Source: Styela clava (lineage: Eukaryota). From it: 64,000 nt of DNA. Below the pieces are notes generated by a model. It worked only from the letters and a program-made list of their open reading frames with translations. It had not been told where the DNA came from and did not search any database. Shown one piece after another: positions 55,903 through 64,000 of this stretch. The DNA lies in assembly GCF_964204865.1 (NCBI RefSeq), contig NC_135255.1, positions 682,001 through 746,000 on the forward strand, given 5' to 3'. Positions within the stretch are counted from its first letter, which is position 1. Every line of letters starts with the position of its first letter. The position numbers and the translations under genes are program-made.

Positions 55903-57250
55903 CTAAAGTATATATTGAGACACTAAATGTCTTTTTAGATTTGATTTGAATATCTGGTGGGACATGCTTTTTAACTCACTAGGTAAATTGTTCCACATTT
56001 TTGCTCCAGTGTACTTTAGGCAATTTTGGGTTATGGAATGTGACAAACGACGTAAATAAAAAGAGTGTGTGGAGGCTGATCTTGTGTTATGTGTGTGTAT
56101 AGTACTTTGTCGTATAAAATAACCATCAAAAGCACTTGGTAGACAATGGTTGTGATATTTGTGCATAAGCTTGCAGATCTCTAATTTATAAATATCTGCA
56201 AGCTTTAAAACATAAATTTTGTTATAAATTATGTTAAGATTTATGCGATCAGACGAACGATAAAGGATTTTAACCGCCCTGTTCTGAAGTACATTGATTC
56301 GATGCAAAATTGATTGAGATGTGGATCCCCAAGCTACAATAGCATATTGGATATATGTTTGAAAAAGTGAGAAATATACCAATTTAAGGGTTGCTGTATC
56401 TATATAGTGTTGAAGTTTACCTAACATACCTACAGTTCGAGAAAGTTTTTTACGAATATCATTAACATGGACATCCCAACGTAAGCAGTTATCTATATTT
56501 AGTCCTAGATATTTGTAAGAAGGGACGGATTCTAGCTCTGTTCCATTGATGTTAATAGAAATTGCGGTGACTTGATGACGTTGTTTAGGGCATATATGAA
56601 CAATTTTAGATTTATTAATATTGATTGTTAGCTTGTTGCTAATCATCCATTCGAATACCTTTGCCATCTCGATATTTACATGTTTTTCTAAGGTCAACAC
56701 AGATTTCGCACTGTCGAGAAGACCGGTGTCATCTGCGAACAATTTTGTCAAGAGGTCAGAGCAATTTGAGATGTCATTGATATATAAAACGAAAAACAGT
56801 GGGCCAAGACAGCTGCCCTGGACAATTCCTGTTTTTATGGGAAGCACTTCAGACCGGTTAGTGCCAATTTCAACATATTGCTGTCTACCCGTGAGGTAGT
56901 CTTTAAAAAGGTTGTTGGCACAACCGCGGATTCCATAATGGTGGAGTTTATCGAGTAGGATATCATGGCTAACAGTATCAAAGGCCTTTTTCAAGTCTAA
57001 AAATACGCAACATATATGTTCACCACGTTCAAATTTTTCATAGATGTATTCAACTAAGTCGATAATAGCATGATTTGTAGAGTGATTATTCTGAAACCCA
57101 AATTGGTATTTATTAATAAGGTTGAAATTTTGACAAAAATCCATTAACCTGTGATATAAGAGTTTTTCAAAGACAATAGCAATACTTGATAAAATAGAAA
57201 TGGGTCTGTAATTTGATGGATCTGTTTTATTCCCAGATTTAAATAATGGA
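55903..57250 (-). mobile_element. 5'-truncated CR1-group (L2/Crack-like) LINE, reverse transcriptase and C-terminus
   Basis: Uninterrupted frame from PLFKSGNKTDPSNYRPISIL (57249) through QFGF, FLDLKKAFDTVSH, GIVQGSCLGPLFF, FADD, YKYLG and HTHNTRS to the stop at 55903. Confidence 0.9.
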
Positions 57251-57252
57251 CG

Positions 57253-58587
57253 CTCTTCTTACAGGCGTCTAAAGATCTGTCGTTTGCTGAGCTATACGAG
57301 CTGCTTTCAATAACACCACAAACGACAGACTTCATCAATGACATAGGTTGCTTATGGGAGTCCTCAAAGAATCAATGGATTATGTCTTTCAAACCACTGG
57401 TGGAAGGAGTAGATCTTCGCAGAGAGTCTCTACTAGAAAAAACTAACGGCGAGCTGCTGTTGGAAGACTTGACCATCACCTTTTCCTTACCGTTTCAACC
57501 ACCTGTCAGGATCACTGTCCGCGGAATCGCATATGAGACCTCTCCGAATAAGGCGATTGAGGCTATGAAGCGCACAGGATGTGGCGAAATAGTCAAAGCA
57601 ACTAGACTTTGGCACAGAGGGACCAACGTCCACAATGGTCATACGTCTTTCACCATCAGGAAGTTCAAAATCGACAAACTACCCGCCTTCGTTTTTATTG
57701 ACGGAATGAAATGGAAAACCTTTTTGCCAAAAGAATTGTACGTTCCTAGATGTAATAACTGTTTCGAGAATGGTCACAAAACAGCATCTTGTGTTAATGA
57801 AGTACGTTGTCGTGTGTGCAAAGAACCAGGTCACTTGCAAAAACATTGTCTCGCTGAAAAATCAAAGGAACAAACTGAAAGTGGTAACAAAATTAATGCA
57901 AAGTCAAAATCACAGGAGAAAGAAAATTCACCACTTACACCAGAGCGCCGAAGCATTATCAATGTACCTTCTAATGACGTTGCGAAAGAACTAAATGCAG
58001 TCGCATCCTTCAAACCGCGAGGTTTTAGCTCCGTGAAAGCTCCAAAACAACCCAAAAAGATCACCACAGAAGCACAAATACATCGCGAAAAAATAGCAGA
58101 GAAAGACGAAAAATGTAAACCAAGAAAACCTGTCCCATTTGAAATCACAGAGATTATTTCCCCCATTATAGAAGTCATATCTGATAATAATAGACAAACA
58201 AGTACATTGGATACCCAACAGCCAGAAGTTCAATTTGATCAAAACTTGCAAACAAAAAATTGAGCTGAAAATATGACTTTTCTAGCAACACCACCCTCTC
58301 AGATGAGTGCGGATAACGTATTCAAAGCCAATGTGAATGACGTTGGATCTCCATTGGCAGACTTATTTGTTCCAAGACCACAAAGAAATACCCGTAAAAC
58401 AGGAACAACTAGAAGTCATAATGTTCAAAGAATGCGACCAGATTCACCCTCGGCACAAAAAAGAGGAAATCCTAGTCCTGAAAACTCAGAACTCAAAGGG
58501 AATAAACAGTCGATTCGGCAAAAAAAATCAAGGCAAGATAATACGGAGAAGAATGAAACACAGAACGAAACAAAAGCACGGAACTAA
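57253..58587 (+). pseudogene. Tx1 ORF1 (gag-like zinc-knuckle protein), 5'-truncated, one in-frame TGA
   Basis: Frame open from 57253. Knuckles CNNCFENGHKTASC and CRVCKEPGHLQKHC. TGA at 58261-58263 splits two same-frame ORFs. Confidence 0.85.
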
Positions 58588-61500
58588 ACTCAAACTTAAA
58601 AATCTCTTCTATTAACGTCGATGGCCTGACAAAACACCTGTCAAGAATAGTAAACTTTATAAAAGATGAAAAGGTGCAGATCATATGCATGCAAGAAATA
58701 CATAAAATAAATAAACGACAATTAAAAGATTGGGCCAAAAATTTAGAATTTGAGATTTACATCAATTCTATAGATGTCTCAAACAATTCACATAAGTATT
58801 TCAAACGCGGTACAGCCATTATGGTTAGTAATTCATTAAAAAATATCATAATGAGGTATGACATATTACAAGAATGGAGGACCGACTATATTACTTTAAA
58901 TTACGCGGGATCAAAGCTATTCGTTTTCAATATATATGGTCCATCAGTAAGAGGGAAGGAACAGACGGACTATTATAAGGAACTTACGCACAAAATGGAA
59001 AAGTTCACATCAATAAACCAACATGTTATAATGGTTGGTGATTTCAATTGTGTACTTGATAGAAAAGATATTCTTCGTGGGGGAGCATATAAATTAAACA
59101 AGGCGGAGAAAATCCTGAAAAGTTTTGTGTACCAAAATAGCTTTAGTGATACCTTTCGAAGGAGACATCCCGATAAAAATATCTACACTTTCTCAAGTGC
59201 CAAACAGAGTAGACGTATAGATAACATCTACAACACAAACAATTTATACCCACATATAAAATCTACAGGCCACACAGTCAACCTTATCTCTGATCACATT
59301 TTGATTCCATCAATAATTTTATCGAATAAAACTAAAATCAGATGGGGACGGGGAACATGGCGAAACAACACTACACACTTCGATAATTTGGACTTTCAAG
59401 ATATCATTAAAAACTTACTACAAGAATCTCAACTAGAAAAACAACGGTTTGAAAGTATTCAACTATGGTGGGATTGGGTCAAAACCAAAATAAGAAAAGA
59501 GGCAATATCATACTCAATTATAAAAAGTCGAATTCAGAAAAGTGAAAAGCAAAGGATAACGGAAGAAATTAGCAAATTAATAAACAATGTCGATCATAAC
59601 CCAGAAACTCTGAATATTTTGAAAGTGATGCGGAAACAATTACAACAGTTAAGCCAACCCAATCAGAATTCGCTGAAATTGAGAGCCAAAATGCCAGATT
59701 TAGAACTAGGTGAGACCGTAACCAAAACGTTTTATCAAAGAATTAAAAGAAGGGCAAAACAGACCTCGATATCTAAAATTATTAATGAACAAGGAATATG
59801 TGTCGAGGATGAAGATAATATCATGCAAGGTGTTGAATCTTTTTATCACAACCTCTGGGGGAAAACCCCCGAAGTAAGAAAAAGCGAACAAAATAGACTT
59901 ATTAATCTAATGGAACCGACAATACTTTCAGACGCTGATGTGGAATGTATAGAGCAGCCGACAACAGAAGAAGAGCTCCTTAAAATAATCAAAGAAATGG
60001 AAAACGGAAAATCACCTGGTTTTGACGGCATATCAAAAGAGTTTTACCTGAAATTTTGGAAACAATGAAAAACAGATATCACCCAATTAATCAACAATAT
60101 TATCATGTCTGGTTCACTTCCCCCTAGCTTTAAACGAGCGAGAGTAATTCTCATACACAAAAAAGGAGAAGAAGAATTGCTAAAAAACTGGCGGCCAATA
60201 TCCAACTTAAACACCGATTATAAAATTTTAAGTAAATTAATAGCAAACAGACTTAAATTAAAATTAGGAAATATAATTAGTGAAACCCAAAAATGTGCGA
60301 TTCCTTCTCGTAGCATATTCGATGTGCATTATAATGTTGATGCGGTGGACCGACATTGTAAAGAAAAAGATTTCCCGGGTGTAATTATATCAATAGACAG
60401 TTTGAAGGCGTTCGACATGGTCTGCCACAATTACCTCATGAAAATATTAGAGAAAATTAATATTGGAACAAAGTTGATCCGGCTTATTAAGGAACTATAC
60501 ATTGGGATAACAAGCAATATTGAAATAAATGGAAGACTTTCAAGGCCAATTTTGATTAAGAGGGGACTGCGACAGGGATGCCCTTTTAGCATGCTTTTAT
60601 ATACGATTAACACGGAACCCCTAGCAAGGTCAATAGAAGGAAATAAATTAATAAAGGGTATCAAGCTGGGGAGAAAGCAACATAAGATGGATCAGTACGC
60701 TGATGATTTGGGTTTTACGATAATGGACATTCACTCAATTAACAATATCTTTGCTGAATTAGAAAAGTTTAGATTAGCCACTGGTCAAAGAATAAACCAA
60801 GATAAAACGGAAATATTATGCATAAACAAAAGAGCAATGGATATGGTGAATAATACAAAATATAAAGGATATATCAAGGATCATATAAAAATATTAGGAG
60901 TGTATTTTGGTAAAAACAAAGAAACTTTAACATGGAACGAGAAAATCTCAAAAATCACAAAAGTATTGAATATGAGCAAAACAAGAAATTTAACATGGTA
61001 TGGTAAAAACACTATAATAAATTCTTTGGCTATATCCCAAATTCTCCACAGCGCAAGAACAATAGCAGTATCCAAGGAGCAGATAATGAAAATTAATGCC
61101 ATCATCTATAAATTCTTATGGTACCCCGAAACATTTGAAGCAATAAAGAGAACTGAACTTCAAAAAAACAAACTTCATGGTGGATTTGGAACAATTGATC
61201 TGGAAGCAAAAATAAACTCATGTAAAACTGAAAAAGTTGCAAAACTGGCCATCATTGAAAAGCCGTCTCAATTCTGGCATTTTGAGGCATTGTATAGTTT
61301 GGGAACAAGAATTCGGACACTGAACAATCATATCTATACCAATTCAATGCCACATACTATGAAAGCACCTAACAAATGGACTAACTTATTGGAATTAGTA
61401 AAGACAATCAAGTTGAACAAAGAAGAATGGGGAGACATGAATTTAAAAAAGTTATATACCTTGTTTAGAAATAACAAAACAGTTGAAACTGCGAAAGCAC

Positions 61501-62078
61501 AAGAAACGGAATGGGCGCACGTTCACTTAACACACAAAGATTTTAAACAATATTTTACAAACTATGAAAAAGTCATTTCCTATCGAATCAGAAAAGAAGG
61601 ATTTCTTTATGGAGAAAAGAAAAAAAACACCGGATATAGAGCATACATAGCAACTAAAGGCATTAAAGTTAAATGTAAGTTTTGTGGGGTTGGAAACGAT
61701 GACACAAAACACATATTTCAAAACTGTACTGTGATAAATTCTATCATAAGAGCTATGGAGGCCAAATTGCGAAATACAACGGGACAAAACATCATTTTAT
61801 CTAAAGAAACCGTTTTTACAAATCAATACGATGGTACAAATAAGCTGTTGATTTGGAAAGGTCTTCAGATATTGAAAGTTAGAATAATAAAAATGAAACG
61901 AAAATTAGATAAACTGAACAGAAATTTAAATAAAAGAGAATATGACGAAATCAGTGCAGACGTCATAAGAAACTTGGCAGAATTTGCTGATCTTCAATTA
62001 GAAACATATGATGGAACAAGGAACATAACGCTTAAAACGAATTGGAAAGAAATATTGGGTTACGAAGCACGAACATAA
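58578..62078 (+). pseudogene. Tx1 ORF2 (APE endonuclease, RT, CCHC), one in-frame TGA
   Basis: APE motifs INVDG, MQE, NIYGP, GDFN, RIDNIY and SDH. RT motifs NWRPIS, KAFD, GLRQGCP and YADD. C-terminal CKFC...HIFQNC. TGA at 60066-60068 is in frame. Confidence 0.9.
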
Positions 62079-64000
62079 GATGGATATAACAAAAAGTAAT
62101 GAGGCACAACAAAAAAAAAAGAAATTTGATTGATTTAAAAAAAAAAAAATGTTTTTACCAAGACCATGTAACTTAAAAATACCATTACGGTATGCCATAG
62201 CTTAAAGTATATAAGAAGCCTCATGTTACGGGATTTCTCCCCAAAATAAAGAGCACAATGCCATATTTACAAACCATTTTATTGATAAAAAAACATGAAA
62301 TACCATCTAAAAATAACGGATATGATGATTGGAGGCCTACCACATCACGTGGTATGGATCAAACCTTTTAAATAAAGGTAAATGAATGATTAGCTGCCAT
62401 CGACATTACCAGGAAATGAAGGCGTTGGGCTGGATCCAGTAGTGCTGTTCTGATCCGATTTTTTTGAAAAAAAAAAAAAAAAAAAAAATCTGTTCGACTA
62501 AATACACAATACGCAGTGTTATTGCCCGTTTAATTGCATGAAGATATGAAAAATACGAATAGCAAAAATAAGGATTTCTAAAAACGGAATGATGGAACAT
62601 ATCGATGGATGCATTGTTTAGCGCCATTGCTGAGTTTTATTGTGCCATATTTTCTTCTTCCGATAGATGAATACTATCCAATATTTCATCTGGACAAAGC
62701 TTTCGTTTAAAATCCATTGTAAATATAGCGATATCAGGAATGTAGCCTATATGCAGTAATTTCGAAAATCTAATGAGGCTGCAAAATGTAAAACACTGAC
62801 CAGGTGAGCTACTGTTGCCACCATGTCTTCCATGTACCCGTTATCAGTTTTTTTTTTATTCAATCTTCATGATATTCAACGGTGAATAATTAGCCTTGAT
62901 GTTTCCGGCGGAACCTCATAAATGCATGAGGATCAAATATTTCGTTTTGGCCATTCATTTTCGTCCCATATCCAAATAGTAAACGTATATAAATGGACTT
63001 TATATTCTAGCAATTTTACTATGTTCAATCAAAATTCGTCTGAAAGGGTTTTATCAGCGGCCGAGGATATGATACTGATGCAACGATGACACAATCTGAA
63101 CTCAAGCTGTGAACGACCAGATGTGCAATTGCGCAATATATCTCACGCAAAGAGTTACGCACGTAACGTCGCATGAACGTTATCACGACAATGTCGTCGT
63201 CGCCCTTTGCGTCGTTACGCAAACTTGGCGTCAAAATAGTTGATCAATTTTGTTCGCAAACCATTTGAATCGATAGAAAATTCTGCAATAAAATGAGTTA
63301 TGCGTATGTTAAGAAAGTCATCCGTATATTCTCCGAGAGGTAATTTTGTATACTTTTCAAAATTTTATTTATATTGATGATACATTTCTAAAAAATGTAT
63401 TAAATATTACCCAAATACAAAAAAATAGTAGATGGGGCTAAAAATAGGCATACACATCTCATCAAAACATCTCGTGAAAAATAATGCCAGTTAAAAATAA
63501 AAGACTAGATAATCTTTTATATGACATATTACAGACCATCTGATATCTAATGGTTTGGAAGTTGTTTTGATTTGAAATTAGGAATATTCCAATTTTTTAA
63601 CGCGTCAAATCGATGCGACGCCGTGGGAGGTCAGGGTGAGAGAGTAGCATCGTTCTGGGGATTCAGAGTTCAAAGAGTTAAGCTGCTTTATCGCTCCGTA
63701 CGCTCAGAAATGAATACAGAAATACTAAATATGACTAGAAATTCATCACACACCATTAGTACAGAAGCTCCTGCTCGACATTAAAATCAAAGGTGCTGCT
63801 AGAATAAATGGGTACACATACCATTCGTCTAAAATCTTATACTGACTTTGCCGGGATCTAACCTATCTTTGTGATTGTAGGTGAACGACCCCATAAACTA
63901 TTTGTAACCCCTTTATCTCCATATTTCATTCCCCATATATCTCGTTGAATACTCCGTCACGTCGTTATAGAGTCAATGATTTTTTAAATTCTTGTCATAA

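Larger units (their letters stand above)
57250..62488 (+). mobile_element. Near-full-length L1/Tx1 non-LTR retrotransposon
   Basis: ORF1, ORF2, a ~390-bp 3' UTR with a terminal stem-loop (62432-62456) and a 22-nt poly(A) at 62467-62488. Confidence 0.92.

Noticed and set aside
56621-61787. Antisense and alternative-frame ORFs within the two LINEs
   Set aside because: Shadow ORFs of the RT and ORF1 coding frames.
63820-63900. B-box-like motif suggesting a tRNA or SINE
   Set aside because: Too degenerate, with no cloverleaf or A-box.

Overview
AT-rich, intron-rich animal genomic DNA, probably a marine invertebrate and possibly an ascidian. The taxon is an inference from composition, short introns and repeat types. 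Almost all of the six-frame ORF track is noise. Reading splice sites by hand gives one complete 22-coding-exon lipin (phosphatidate phosphatase) gene on + (19437-35767, 912 aa). There is also a 4-exon gene encoding a short DEPDC1-type DEP-domain-only protein (51453-52642, +), a truncated inverted paralogue facing away from it (49136-49381, -), a candidate 2-exon orphan ORF and two possible decayed GPCR remnants. The rest is dense with transposons: a near-full-length L1/Tx1 LINE joined 5'-to-5' to a truncated CR1-group (L2/Crack-like) LINE, 5'-truncated L1/Tx1 3' ends, a fold-back mariner derivative with 298-bp arms in a lipin intron, hAT MITEs with 8-bp TSDs, a hAT transposase remnant, a TTAGGG-core MITE family, and a 4.25-kb structure with ~0.8-kb inverted arms bounded by a TSD-like repeat. 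The best leads are the DEP-only gene pair, a U2-target-like (Keno-type) 3' junction on the Tx1 element, the LINE-LINE junction, the fold-back mariner and the 4.25-kb composite. No database searches were run, and no prokaryotic systems, CRISPR arrays, rRNA or tRNA genes were seen.
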